The notes: generated by a model not told the origin, from the letters alone. DNA of 64,000 nucleotides from Ruminococcaceae bacterium UBA5295 (GCA_002411365.1 DHSD01000027.1:40606-104605); one strand, 5' to 3'; positions 52,887 to 63,005 are shown, numbered from the stretch's first letter. Translations and numbers: made by a program.

Positions 52887-53432
52887 ATGAAACTTACAGA
52901 AAAAACGTTGGAGCAGAATTATATTTACCGCGGTAAAATCCTCGATTTTCATGTCGACAAAGTCCAGATAGAAGACGGCCGCACCGTTACGCGCGAATGT
53001 ATCGACCACAAAGGCGGTGTATGCATTGCCGCGCTGACAAAGGATAACGAGCTTTATTTTGTTCGCCAGTACCGCTATCCGTACCACAAAGTAGTGCTCG
53101 AGCTTCCTGCCGGAAAATTAGAGAGCGGCGAAGATCCGCTTGAGGCCGGAAAGCGTGAGCTGCGCGAAGAAACAGGCGTGGAAGGAAAAGACTATATCGG
53201 CCTCGGCGAGCTTTACCCCTCGACCGGATATACGAATGAAATACTGTACATGTACGCCTGCCATACGGAATCGCGCGGTGAAAAAGACCTTGATGACGGT
53301 GAATTCCTTGAGGCGGAAAAGATACCTCTTGCAAAGGCGGTAGAGATGGTAATGTCAGGCGAAATTGCAGACGCGAAAACACAGGTGCTTGTGCTTAAAA
53401 CGGCACGGCTTGTGGAGAGCCATAAACTTTGA
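52887..53432 (+). CDS. nudF: ADP-ribose pyrophosphatase (Nudix)
   Basis: RQYRYP, intact Nudix box ELPAGKLESGEDPLEAGKRELREETG, DAKT. Confidence 0.9.
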   Translation: MKLTEKTLEQNYIYRGKILDFHVDKVQIEDGRTVTRECIDHKGGVCIAALTKDNELYFVRQYRYPYHKVVLELPAGKLESGEDPLEAGKRELREETGVEGKDYIGLGELYPSTGYTNEILYMYACHTESRGEKDLDDGEFLEAEKIPLAKAVEMVMSGEIADAKTQVLVLKTARLVESHKL

Positions 53433-53454
53433 GCTTTGGAACAGCTTTGTAAAA

Positions 53455-53490
53455 TAAGGGAGTGCGATGCTATGCAGCGCACTCCCTTAC
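53455..53490. terminator. Terminator between convergent genes
   Basis: taagggagtgcg...cgcactccctta. Confidence 0.75.
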
Positions 53491-53516
53491 GGATATTCCT
53501 ACGGTTTTGTAGACGG

Positions 53517-54788
53517 TTAATCTGAAAGCTGGTTCATAACGAGGCCTGTTATGAGCTTTGGGTAAAAATAAGTGGATTTCTGCGGCATCTTTTCTCCAGC
53601 TGAGGCGACGTCGCGGATTTCAGCCACGCGAGTAGGGTTGAGTATGAACGCGCACTGGCTGTCACCGTTCTGCACGGATTCAATGGCTTCACGGAACGAG
53701 CGCGTGTAAGAGAGGTTTACCTGCTCTGCCATGTTCTTTTTATCTATGCCAAGATGTTTCTCAAGTATGAGGCTGTGAAGTATGGTGACGTCGAGCCCGC
53801 GGTAGGCAGTGCTTTTTTCCGGCAGTACCTTTTCCATAATGCCCATATCTTTCAGCACAAGAAGTGCCCAGCCGCTTCCGCCGCCGTAAAATGCGAAAGC
53901 TTTTTTGCCCTGATGGTAAAGCCTGCTAAGCATCGGCTCTATTTCGGCTATGTTCTTTTCAGGCGTGACGTCGAACTCATTGCGGCATCCATTTAGAAGG
54001 TGCCCGGTGCTGAAACCTTCCAGCCCGCGCACGAGCCTGTGCGTCGGGAACACCACAAGGCCATCGTGCTCCATATTGACAAGCATCATCATTAAGTAGT
54101 CTTCACTGCCGTCGGCCGTTCCCTGCTCACGGCGCCAGTTGCGGTAATTGAGGGCTGTTTCATAGCGGTGGTGGCCGTCTGCAATATAAAGTTTTCTGTT
54201 TTTAAAGTCGCCACATATTGCTTTTATCACTTCCCTGTCGTTTACAAGCCACATACGGTGGGTGACTTTGCCGTCTGAGAACTCACAGCGCGGCCTGCCG
54301 GAAGAAAGCGCATCAAGCCTGGCACCGGTCACATTTGCTTCGTCCATATAAAGCGAATATACCTGGCTGAAATTGCAGCCGGTGGCTTTCATGAGGTTGA
54401 AGCGGTCTTCCTTTGCTTTTGAAAGCGTCTCCTCATGCGGGAGGATTATACCCTTTGAAAACTCCTCGAGCTTCACAAGGCAGATAAAGCCCTTAATTTT
54501 TTTCTTCTGGCCGCCGGCTTTAAATTCTTCTTCATAGATATAAAAGCCGGGGTCTGTGTCGCGGCGCAGGATGCCGTTTTTGAGCCACGACTGCAGGGTT
54601 TCGCCCGCTTCCTCATATGGATTGCCGCCTTTTGGGAGCTCGAGCCGCACAACGTTGTATGGGTTTTCGTCAAGGTATGCGTGGCGCTGTTCCTCGCTTA
54701 TGATGTCGTATGGAGGGCATGTAAGTTCCGCTATATTCCCCGCTTCGGCGGTGTAGCGCAGGGCGCGGAACGGTTTTATTTCGGCCAT
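53517..54788 (-). CDS. DUF1015-family protein
   Basis: IKPFRAL, PPYDII, PHEET, IADGHHRYETA and MPQKSTYFYPKL motifs; consensus promoter TTGACA-N17-TATAAT at 54897-54925. Confidence 0.93.
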   Translation of the reverse strand: MAEIKPFRALRYTAEAGNIAELTCPPYDIISEEQRHAYLDENPYNVVRLELPKGGNPYEEAGETLQSWLKNGILRRDTDPGFYIYEEEFKAGGQKKKIKGFICLVKLEEFSKGIILPHEETLSKAKEDRFNLMKATGCNFSQVYSLYMDEANVTGARLDALSSGRPRCEFSDGKVTHRMWLVNDREVIKAICGDFKNRKLYIADGHHRYETALNYRNWRREQGTADGSEDYLMMMLVNMEHDGLVVFPTHRLVRGLEGFSTGHLLNGCRNEFDVTPEKNIAEIEPMLSRLYHQGKKAFAFYGGGSGWALLVLKDMGIMEKVLPEKSTAYRGLDVTILHSLILEKHLGIDKKNMAEQVNLSYTRSFREAIESVQNGDSQCAFILNPTRVAEIRDVASAGEKMPQKSTYFYPKLITGLVMNQLSD

Positions 54789-55058
54789 GTTATTTTCACC
54801 GTTTCTCCGCACGCTTTTTAAGCAGCAGGCCCCGTGCGGCAGACCTGCCCGCAGTGTGCATATAGCCGCGTTTCAGCGGTTCACTGTGCTGAAACTATTA
54901 TAACGGCAGCCGGAAAAAGTGTCAAATGCAGGCATTTTTATAATACTGTGTCATTTTCACTGATAAATATAACTAACAGTTCAAGAAATGTTTACATTTC
55001 GACCATTCAAAATTGTTAAAATAGAAAGTAACGCAAGTTATACAGGAGGGATGAATCC

Positions 55059-56045
55059 ATGATTGAGGTGAAAGACCTCTCGAAGCACTACGGGGAAAAC
55101 ATGGCGCTGAGCCATGTAAGTTTTTCCGCCGGCGAAAATACAGTAATCGGTTTTCTCGGGCCTAACGGTGCTGGGAAATCAACAACCATGAACATCATAA
55201 CAGGTTATATTTCAGCAAGTGAGGGCTCTGTGGAAATTGGTGGCCACAATACGCTGGACGAGCCAAATGAAGCTAAAAAGTTGATTGGCTACCTTCCGGA
55301 GATGCCTCCGCTCTATACGGACATGACTGTAGAAGAATATCTCAATTTTGTTTACGAGCTTAAGAAAGTAACCCTTCCCCGAAAAAAGCACCTGAAGGAG
55401 ATATGTGCGCTGACGCGCATTACCAATGTTTCTGGCCGCCTTATCGCCAATCTTTCGAAAGGCTACAGGCAGCGTGTAGGCATTGCCCAGGCGCTTATTG
55501 GGAACCCTCCTGTCCTTATCCTCGATGAGCCGACGGTCGGCCTTGATCCTAAGCAGATAATAGATGTTCGCAACCTCATTAAAGGCCTCGGCAAAAACCA
55601 CACTGTCATACTCAGTTCACACATTCTTCCGGAAGTGCAAGCCGTAGCAGACCGCATAATAATCATAAACAAAGGCAGTCTTGTTGCCAACGGCACGCCT
55701 TATGAACTTGAGCACGGCGAGCACAAAGGCGAGCAGAAAACTGTCGTCCGCCTTGAAGGCAACCCGGACGAAGTCGGAAAAACACTGAGGGACATTCAGG
55801 GCGTGCTGTCAGTAAGCAATTACGGGCAGAAAGAACCCGGCGTCTATGAGTATGAGATAGACAGCCGCACCGGTGCTGACCCGCGCCGCTCGGTGTTTGG
55901 CATAGCTTCGAAGCGCGGCTGGCCGATACTTTCCATGTCGAACAATGAATTTTCACTTGAAGACGTGTTCCTGCGCCTGACAGGCTCTACCTATATCAGC
56001 GATAATGCTGATGCAAGTTATGTAAAGGACGGTGCAAGAAAGTGA
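55059..56045 (+). CDS. ABC transporter ATP-binding protein (GldA-like)
   Basis: GPNGAGKST, LSKGYRQRVG, LDEPTVGLDP and SSHIL motifs. Confidence 0.95.
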   Translation: MIEVKDLSKHYGENMALSHVSFSAGENTVIGFLGPNGAGKSTTMNIITGYISASEGSVEIGGHNTLDEPNEAKKLIGYLPEMPPLYTDMTVEEYLNFVYELKKVTLPRKKHLKEICALTRITNVSGRLIANLSKGYRQRVGIAQALIGNPPVLILDEPTVGLDPKQIIDVRNLIKGLGKNHTVILSSHILPEVQAVADRIIIINKGSLVANGTPYELEHGEHKGEQKTVVRLEGNPDEVGKTLRDIQGVLSVSNYGQKEPGVYEYEIDSRTGADPRRSVFGIASKRGWPILSMSNNEFSLEDVFLRLTGSTYISDNADASYVKDGARK

Positions 56046-56746
56046 GCGCTATTGCAAAGAAGGAACTGAGGGAGTATTTCTTCTCACCGATTGGATATGT
56101 TATCCTTGGCGTCATGCTCCTGCTTTTCGGATTTTTTTACTCACAGGTGCTTTTTTCGCAAACGACTGATCTTATCCCATATATATACAATATGCTACTG
56201 AGCTGGATAATGGTGATCCTTATACCGCTTATCACCATGCGCACTTTCAGCGAGGAGATACGCACGAAAAGTGACCAGGGGCTTCTTACTGCTCCGGTCG
56301 GCGTATTCTCCATTGTGTTCGGCAAATTTCTCGCCGCTTTTCTGATGTTTGCAATTTCACTCACGGCGACGCTTATCCCGGCTGTTATAATCACGTTTTT
56401 CTCTTCGCCGGACTGGCCGAGAATTTTATGCACTTATATCGGCGTGTTGCTCTGCGGCATAGCCTTGATTGCAATAGGTGTTTTTATCTCCTCACTCACG
56501 CAGAGCCAAATAGTTGCTGCAATAGCGACGTTTGGGATCTCAATGCTGCTTATGCTGATTGGAAACCTCGGGAACAACGTTTCCGCTTCGCTGCAGAATG
56601 TGCTCAACTGGATATCGTTCCAGTCGCGTTTTCAGCCTTTTTCTAACGGCATACTGAATATTGGCAGTTTAGTGTATTTTGTGAGTGTCGCTGCAGTGTT
56701 TCTCTTTCTGACGGCCCGCAAACTCGAGAGCAGAAGATGGAACTAA
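56042..56746 (+). CDS. ABC-2 type permease (GldF-like)
   Basis: KKELREYFFSPIGY, TMRTFSEE, LLTAP and GKFLA motifs; six TM helices. Confidence 0.9.
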   Translation: MSAIAKKELREYFFSPIGYVILGVMLLLFGFFYSQVLFSQTTDLIPYIYNMLLSWIMVILIPLITMRTFSEEIRTKSDQGLLTAPVGVFSIVFGKFLAAFLMFAISLTATLIPAVIITFFSSPDWPRILCTYIGVLLCGIALIAIGVFISSLTQSQIVAAIATFGISMLLMLIGNLGNNVSASLQNVLNWISFQSRFQPFSNGILNIGSLVYFVSVAAVFLFLTARKLESRRWN

Positions 56747-56760
56747 GGGGGGAAAACAGA

Positions 56761-58410
56761 ATGAATCAGGAAAAAGAACCGCAAAAGGGCAGCCAGAAGA
56801 AACAAGAAGAAACCAATGCTTTGGCTGAAAAGCAGGCAGAAAGCGAAAAAGGGCCGGAAGCAGCTGAGCCGGAAAAGAAAGCTGAAAGCTGTGCTGATGA
56901 AAAGGCAGCAAAGAAGGGGAACAAAAAAGAGAAGCCTTCTTTTTTCAAGAGCCAGAAATTCAAGCACGGCGGCGCAGCTGCGGCTTTTACGGCCGGATTT
57001 CTTGCCATTATTATACTCGTCAATGTGATTGTCGGCATTCTGAGTGATAAGTACCCGTCCATCAATCTTGATGTGACAAAGGCCGGCACAAACACACTCT
57101 CGGCAGAAACGGCAAAAACAGTTGACAGCGATAAACTGGAGACGACAATTACCATATGCGCCACAAAGCAGGCTTGCCAGAGCAATTCGGTGACGAGCGA
57201 TGGTGCCGACTATTCTCAGGTCGACCGCCTTATTTCGAAAGCCGCGGAGCGCAACCACAACATAACGGTTAAGTATGTAGACCTTGACAAAGACCCGGTG
57301 TTCGCCAAGAATTATCAGAGCGACAATATCACTGCCGGTGATGTTATAGTGGAAACTAAGAAGCGCCACCGCGTGCTTGCCGAAAGCGACCTCTTCACAT
57401 CGCAGGCAAGCAGCAACTACGGCAGCCAGACTTATTACTCTAATGTTGGCTCCGCGCTTGCTTCGGCTATTAATGCTGTAACAGCCGATACAATGCCTAT
57501 AGCGGCGTTTGACACAGGCCACAGTGAAAAAATGGAATCCACAGGCTACGAAAGGCTTCTGCAGAACAACAGTTTTGAAACTAAGGACATTAACCTCCTG
57601 ACTGATAAAATCCCGGACGGCACGCAGCTCTTTGTCCTCGGTTGCCCGACGACGGATTACACCGACGGTGAGATTTCAAAAATAGATGCTTTCCTGCACA
57701 GCAAGACTGCGTCGGGCGACCGCTCGGTCATTATCGTATGCAGCCCCGGCCAGCCTACATTGGCGAAGCTTTCGGCATACATGGAAGAATGGGGCCTTGG
57801 CGTGCAGACAGACAATGTTGTTGAAGAGACGAGTTACCAGAAATTTTTCAATAATAACCCGCTTTATATCCTTGCCGACGTGCAGGATTCCATCAACTTC
57901 GGCAATTCACATTCGGGCTACAACAACTTTACGGCCCCGTACTCATGCCCTGTCAATATCAAAGCGCGGAACGTCGGTTCTAAAATGACGTATTCGCTTA
58001 TCAAGTCGAGCGATTCTTCCGCCATTTACCGCAGCAGCAAAAAAGAGAGCGACACCCAGACTGCGGCGCAGAATATTGCGGCACTGTCGCAGGAAAGCGT
58101 GCAGGCAAACAACAAACCGTGCCACGCAAACCTGATTGTCACTGGTTCGTCGCTCATGTTCGGAAGCAATTTTGTCAACACTTCAGCATTTTCCAATGCT
58201 GCATATGATGTAGACCTTTCAAAATACGCTACGGGAACAAATAACAACTCAACACAGGTTACGACATCAAACCATCAATTATATGCAGCTGATATTACCA
58301 TAAATACAAATGTAGCTAAAGTCCTGGGCTATGGAGTATTCACTGTTCTGATACCGCTTGCTGTTGCTGTTGCCGGAATTATTGTATACCGCAAGAGGAG
58401 GGCACTGTAA
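56761..58410 (+). CDS. GldG-like ABC auxiliary component
   Basis: N-terminal TM, DVT..TLS..T, GHSE, P.TDY and C-terminal TM ending RKRR. Confidence 0.85.
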   Translation: MNQEKEPQKGSQKKQEETNALAEKQAESEKGPEAAEPEKKAESCADEKAAKKGNKKEKPSFFKSQKFKHGGAAAAFTAGFLAIIILVNVIVGILSDKYPSINLDVTKAGTNTLSAETAKTVDSDKLETTITICATKQACQSNSVTSDGADYSQVDRLISKAAERNHNITVKYVDLDKDPVFAKNYQSDNITAGDVIVETKKRHRVLAESDLFTSQASSNYGSQTYYSNVGSALASAINAVTADTMPIAAFDTGHSEKMESTGYERLLQNNSFETKDINLLTDKIPDGTQLFVLGCPTTDYTDGEISKIDAFLHSKTASGDRSVIIVCSPGQPTLAKLSAYMEEWGLGVQTDNVVEETSYQKFFNNNPLYILADVQDSINFGNSHSGYNNFTAPYSCPVNIKARNVGSKMTYSLIKSSDSSAIYRSSKKESDTQTAAQNIAALSQESVQANNKPCHANLIVTGSSLMFGSNFVNTSAFSNAAYDVDLSKYATGTNNNSTQVTTSNHQLYAADITINTNVAKVLGYGVFTVLIPLAVAVAGIIVYRKRRAL

Positions 58411-58411
58411 T

Positions 58412-59881
58412 ATGAAAAGCAGCACCAGGAATATTGTGATAGTCGCAGTTGCTGCCGCGGTGCTGGGCGGCGTGGTAATTGCACTGACACATACTCCGGG
58501 AGGGAAGGGTACGGCCTCTTCGGCCGCAGGCTCCTCTTCGGCGGCGAGTATCAAGCTTATCTCAAAATCGAGCACCGACGTGACATCCATGAAAGTTACG
58601 AATAAAAAGGGAAGCTATACGCTTATCCCTGTTCCGTCAGGTAAAATAGGCGCTTCTTCCACATCGCCTTCTGCCCTGCCTTCGTCTTCGGGCTCGTCAG
58701 TTACATATACGGTGGAAGAGCTGAGCGGATGCCCTGTAGATACTGGTGAAACAGGCTCGGCTGTAAAGAACGGGTTCAGCCTTTCTGCCACAAAAAATAT
58801 AGGCGCTGTAAGCAGCCTCGAAGACTATGGCCTGCAGGACCCTCAGGCAACCGTTCAGGTGACATTCCGTGACGGCTCAACCTTCAGCTATAAAATAGGT
58901 AATGCGACTGCAACGGATTCTTCGGCGCACTATATGTGCGGCACATCGTCGAACAGTGTTTATATTGTGAGCATTGACCAGGGGCTTTTGGAAGGCGCGG
59001 ACTATTTCATATCCAAAGAAATAGTCTCATCTTCTAACGCTTCTTCCAGTGATTTTACGAAAATTGCGCTTAGCGGCTCGAATTTCCCTACGCCGTTGAC
59101 GCTGCAGAAAGACAAGAGCGGCACGCTTGCAATTACGGCTCCTGATTCATATAAGGCCGACGCAACGTCACTCAATTCGCTTATGACAACCCTTTCGAGC
59201 ATTACGGCTGAGTCGGTGGTTAAGGTTAAGCCTGACGCGGCGGCGCTTAAACAGTATGGCTTAAGCAGCCCGGCCACCGTAGCCGAATACACAATAGGCA
59301 ATAAGAGTTATAAGCTGATTGTAGGCGCTAAATCCGGCTCGAACTATTATGCCATGATAGACGGGGTTGATGTTGTTTACTCTGTCACTGCCGAGAACCT
59401 TTCAGGGCTCGTTTCCCAGAGTATGTTTTCTCTGCGCAGCAAGCTCGTTTTTCAGCCAGACATCGAAACAGTCAAGGGCCTGTCAATCGTTTCAGGTAAT
59501 ACTTCTTACACTGCGAATCTGACGCGTAAGGAAAAAGCCTCGTCCTCAACACAAGACGAAAAATCATACACATATAAAGTCACAGGCAATGGCGGAAAAG
59601 CTCTGAATTACAGCAGCAACTACACAAACCTTTACCAGAAACTGACCGGGCTTATGATATATGGTGCTTCAAGCATGAAGCCTTCCGGTTCCCCAGCAGT
59701 AACCGTGAAGTATAGCTACTTTGACAAGGCCGGAACAGACACAGTTGAGTTTTACCTTACCAGCGAACACTATACGGCAGTGCTGAACGGAAAAGTTTTA
59801 GGCCTGTGCTCTAAGAGCGACCTCGACGCTATCATGCAGTCTGCCTCTGGCTTTGAAAACGGCAAAACAGTATCGGCTTAG
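58412..59881 (+). CDS. DUF4340-domain protein
   Basis: N-terminal anchor; repeated YGL..P motifs; last gene of the Gld-like operon. Confidence 0.8.
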   Translation: MKSSTRNIVIVAVAAAVLGGVVIALTHTPGGKGTASSAAGSSSAASIKLISKSSTDVTSMKVTNKKGSYTLIPVPSGKIGASSTSPSALPSSSGSSVTYTVEELSGCPVDTGETGSAVKNGFSLSATKNIGAVSSLEDYGLQDPQATVQVTFRDGSTFSYKIGNATATDSSAHYMCGTSSNSVYIVSIDQGLLEGADYFISKEIVSSSNASSSDFTKIALSGSNFPTPLTLQKDKSGTLAITAPDSYKADATSLNSLMTTLSSITAESVVKVKPDAAALKQYGLSSPATVAEYTIGNKSYKLIVGAKSGSNYYAMIDGVDVVYSVTAENLSGLVSQSMFSLRSKLVFQPDIETVKGLSIVSGNTSYTANLTRKEKASSSTQDEKSYTYKVTGNGGKALNYSSNYTNLYQKLTGLMIYGASSMKPSGSPAVTVKYSYFDKAGTDTVEFYLTSEHYTAVLNGKVLGLCSKSDLDAIMQSASGFENGKTVSA

Positions 59882-59921
59882 CATACCTGCTTAATGACCG
59901 GGCTGCCGGAAACGCGCAGTA

Positions 59922-59963
59922 TAAAAAAGGCAGCTTTGCAGCATTGCTGCAGGGCTGCCTTTT
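59922..59963. terminator. Bidirectional terminator
   Basis: aaaaaaggcagctttgcagc...gctgcagggctgcctttt. Confidence 0.8.
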
Positions 59964-59984
59964 GTTGCTTACTTTGACAATTTG

Positions 59985-60013
59985 TTGACATGGCGTTAAA
60001 AATGCGCTATACT
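59985..60013 (+). promoter_or_regulatory. sigma-A promoter
   Basis: TTGACA-N17-TATACT. Confidence 0.7.
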
Positions 60014-60109
60014 AAAGAAAGAGTGCAAAATAAATTACAAACTTTTCCTTATATAATTTATCATATTTTGCAGCGAATGTCAAGCCTCTTGCTGAAAGAA
60101 GGATGTCTT

Positions 60110-60649
60110 TTGGAAGAAACGCTTTCAAAATTTCTCAGCAGCAGTTATCCAATAGAAAAAGAACGTGACGACCTGCTTAAGATAAATGAAGAGACTGCAC
60201 AGTACGGTTTGGCACTGAAACCGCAGGAAGCGTTTGAACTCGCGCAGACGCACCGTGCAGTGCTGGAAAACTGCTGCCGTGTTGAGATTGGCTTTGACAC
60301 GGTGCAGAAAATCATACGCGCTTTCAGCCCTTCAAAATACCTGTATAAGAAAAATTATGCCGATGTTATAAATGAGGCGGTCGAAGCTTTCTATGAACTG
60401 AAAGATGAATCGGATGACAGGATTTCCGATGACGACCTTATTTCCCGTCTTGCGGATGCGTTCGAAAGGTATGGAGGGGATATGAAAGGCGTAATACAGA
60501 GCCGTAAGCTTATGCGCCTGCTTAAAGCGAAACGCTTTGGCCGGGACTACGACGTGGAAAGCATAAAACCAAAGAAAAAAGATACGGCGGACGACAGCGG
60601 CAAAAACGACGAAGATGACAATGCCGGCGAGGAGGAGCAGGATGAATGA
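60110..60649 (+). CDS. DUF6323-like protein
   Basis: NEETAQYGLAL..R..L....RVE..S.Y..FYELK.E...ISDDDLI pattern recalled from this family; TTG start. Confidence 0.65.
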   Translation: MEETLSKFLSSSYPIEKERDDLLKINEETAQYGLALKPQEAFELAQTHRAVLENCCRVEIGFDTVQKIIRAFSPSKYLYKKNYADVINEAVEAFYELKDESDDRISDDDLISRLADAFERYGGDMKGVIQSRKLMRLLKAKRFGRDYDVESIKPKKKDTADDSGKNDEDDNAGEEEQDE

Positions 60650-61319
60650 AAAACTTGCATTTTCCGCCCTTACTGAAGAAGAGCGGAAAGGGCTGCGCTC
60701 CGACCTGCTGTGGGAGCTCAGGCGTCTTATCATAAAGTATAACAATGGCTCCGGAAGCTCCATACGAAATGAACGCGCGGAAAATATTTTTAAGTCCATG
60801 ATATACTGCATTTCCGCATATCTGCGGAGCATACCGGTGCCCGAAGAAAAAGTGAGAAACACTCAGGGAGGGGAACTTTTCCGCACGTCGCTTGCATTCG
60901 TAAAAAAGAAGGTACATAATGCGGAAAAGCTTTACGGCCAGATCCTCGATACGAGGGTTGACACCGACCTGCGCGTTTATAATGAGACGCTTGACGAGGG
61001 GCTGCCGGCTTTTTTCCAGCTGTATAATCCTGAGTTCGACGCGCAGGACACGCCGGCCATCATCGACTATCCCATCCATCACCAGCGGACTGACCTCAGC
61101 GGAATAGAATTTATACTTGAATATCTGGAAGAGCTGAAAAAAGAAAACGTTTTCTGCACACGTTACCGCAAAAACCAGATACGGGCGGTTCTGTTCCTCT
61201 ATGGCAGAAGATACCATATGTGCTATCAGGAGCTTATAGTAAATATCCCTGAAACAATGGTGCGGTTTGGCCGTAAGTGCACCAGCGCAAAACAGGAAAT
61301 CAAAGTAAAGGCAAAGTAA
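60642..61319 (+). CDS. DUF6179-like protein
   Basis: SSI..E.A..SMIYCI, YNETL, FF..Y..EF.AQ..IDYP and GIEFI..Y pattern recalled from this family; overlaps the upstream gene. Confidence 0.65.
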   Translation: MNEKLAFSALTEEERKGLRSDLLWELRRLIIKYNNGSGSSIRNERAENIFKSMIYCISAYLRSIPVPEEKVRNTQGGELFRTSLAFVKKKVHNAEKLYGQILDTRVDTDLRVYNETLDEGLPAFFQLYNPEFDAQDTPAIIDYPIHHQRTDLSGIEFILEYLEELKKENVFCTRYRKNQIRAVLFLYGRRYHMCYQELIVNIPETMVRFGRKCTSAKQEIKVKAK

Positions 61320-61422
61320 AAAATATTAATAATAATTATCAATATTATATTAGCTTTTCCGCTCCTGGTGCCATAATAAAGCCGCAACGACATTGCGCCG
61401 CATTGCGGAAATTAAGGAAACG

Positions 61423-61455
61423 CAATAAAATCCCCTGCCGCAGGGGATTTTATTG
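61423..61455. terminator. Bidirectional terminator
   Basis: caataaaatcccctgc-c-gcaggggattttattg perfect inverted repeat. Confidence 0.85.
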
Positions 61456-61484
61456 TTTTGCCTTATATATGTTTACGCGAAAAT

Positions 61485-62099
61485 TCAGTCTTCGAGGAAT
61501 TTTCTGATTGGTTTATAAATCAGCAAAGCAACGATAAGGCAGATGATGAAATCCGGCAAAAGGAAAGAACCGTTGTAAGCAACAGAGTACAGGAACAAAT
61601 GCCCTTTCCACTCTTTTGGCAGCCAGCTTGCGTATGACGTAACGCCGGCCACCACATGAAATGCGAAGCGCAGCAGCACAGCGGTAAACATGCCGCCTAT
61701 GTATCGCTTCAGCCCTTTTCCATAAATGCCGGCAAGGCCGAGCGCGGTAAATGCAAGCAGATAGTCAAAAATGAAAGAAAGTATCAGTGCTGCTGGAGTA
61801 AGCCCCCATGAGAGTATCTCGCCAAGGCTGATTAAGAGCTTTACCGTCCCGTAAGCAAGGCCGGTGAGCATTCCCCATTTCGGGCCGTACTTGTAGCCAA
61901 TGAGAAGGATCGGCAACATGCTGCAGAGCGTAACAGAGCCACCCAACGGAAGTTTGTAGATTTTTATCATGTTAAGGACGAGGGCAAGGCCTATCATGAT
62001 TGCACTCTCGACAAGCCGCAGCACGTTTGGGTTTATGCCTGTATTCGTTTTCCTCTCCGCGCGCTTGGCGGAACCGTTTGTGTCTGACTGTGGGTTCAT
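61485..62099 (-). CDS. thiT: Energy-coupled thiamine transporter S component
   Basis: LPLGGSVT, DY, R...H...G and YS..YN motifs; downstream of a TPP riboswitch. Confidence 0.92.
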   Translation of the reverse strand: MNPQSDTNGSAKRAERKTNTGINPNVLRLVESAIMIGLALVLNMIKIYKLPLGGSVTLCSMLPILLIGYKYGPKWGMLTGLAYGTVKLLISLGEILSWGLTPAALILSFIFDYLLAFTALGLAGIYGKGLKRYIGGMFTAVLLRFAFHVVAGVTSYASWLPKEWKGHLFLYSVAYNGSFLLPDFIICLIVALLIYKPIRKFLED

Positions 62100-62142
62100 T
62101 TAAAAGACCTCCTGTAAAAGTTTCCGGAAATCGTGCAGGCGT

Positions 62143-62176
62143 AAAAAAAGCGCCCTGCCAATTACGCAGGGCGCTG
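62143..62176 (-). terminator. Riboswitch expression-platform terminator
   Basis: agcgccctgcgtaattggcagggcgcttttttt on the minus strand. Confidence 0.85.
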
Positions 62177-62187
62177 AAACTTTTATC

Positions 62188-62280
62188 CGTTTTCCTACGC
62201 TGGCATTATCCAGATCAGGTTAAAAGGGTCAAAAAGCATCTTTTTGCTTTTCTCTCAGCCGGGACTACCCAGCACCCCTT
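62188..62280 (-). ncRNA. TPP riboswitch
   Basis: GGGGTGCT..GCTGAGA..GACCC..AACCTGATCTGGATAATGCCAGCGTAGG; promoter TTGACA-N17-TATTAT at 62297-62325. Confidence 0.96.
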
Positions 62281-62348
62281 ATTTAATTGTAACCTTATAA
62301 TATCACTGAACCATATTGCTGTCAAACATGGTTCCATAATGGGACAGC

Positions 62349-63005
62349 TTAGTAAGCGGCCAGTGCGCCGGCTATTTCCGCAGGGCTTGTAACGAACACG
62401 CGGCCGCCCTCGCGGCGCATTTCATCTTCTTTGCCAAAGCCGTACAGTACGCCGAGAAATGATGTTCCGGCTTTGCGCGCGCCGGCGGCGTCGAATTTTG
62501 TATCCCCAATCATCACGGCATCCGACGGTTTACAGCCGGTTGTTTCCAAAATCGGCCGGATAAGCATTTCTTTGCCGCCGCCTTTGTCGCTTTCGTCGGC
62601 AGCGGAAAAATAGCTGAAATATTTTAAAAGGTCGAAATGCTCAAGGACTAACTTTGCAATTGACCTCGGTTTCGATGTCGCTATGGCGAGCTTTGAGCCT
62701 GCACTGCGCAATTCCTCAAGCATTTCTGGAATGCCCGGGTAAACGGAATTGTTGTAAACGCCGTTGGAATTATATATCCTGTGGAAATAAGCTATAGCTT
62801 TTTTTGTTTCTTCTTCAGACATACCGCAGAGTTTTGTGAAACTGTCGAAAAGCGGTGGGCCTATAAATTGGCGCAGGACGTCACAAGGCGGGATCGGTTT
62901 TTTCATTTGCTCGAGCGCGTAGCGTACGGATGCGATGATTCCGGGGCCGGAATCGGTCAGAGTGCCGTCAAGGTCGAAAAGTACAAGAAGGCGCTTTGGC
63001 TTCAT
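62349..63005 (-). CDS. HAD-superfamily hydrolase (nucleotidase/phosphoglycolate phosphatase-like)
   Basis: FDLDGTLTDS, FIGPPL, ATSK, MIGD and YGFG motifs. Confidence 0.9.
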   Translation of the reverse strand: MKPKRLLVLFDLDGTLTDSGPGIIASVRYALEQMKKPIPPCDVLRQFIGPPLFDSFTKLCGMSEEETKKAIAYFHRIYNSNGVYNNSVYPGIPEMLEELRSAGSKLAIATSKPRSIAKLVLEHFDLLKYFSYFSAADESDKGGGKEMLIRPILETTGCKPSDAVMIGDTKFDAAGARKAGTSFLGVLYGFGKEDEMRREGGRVFVTSPAEIAGALAAY

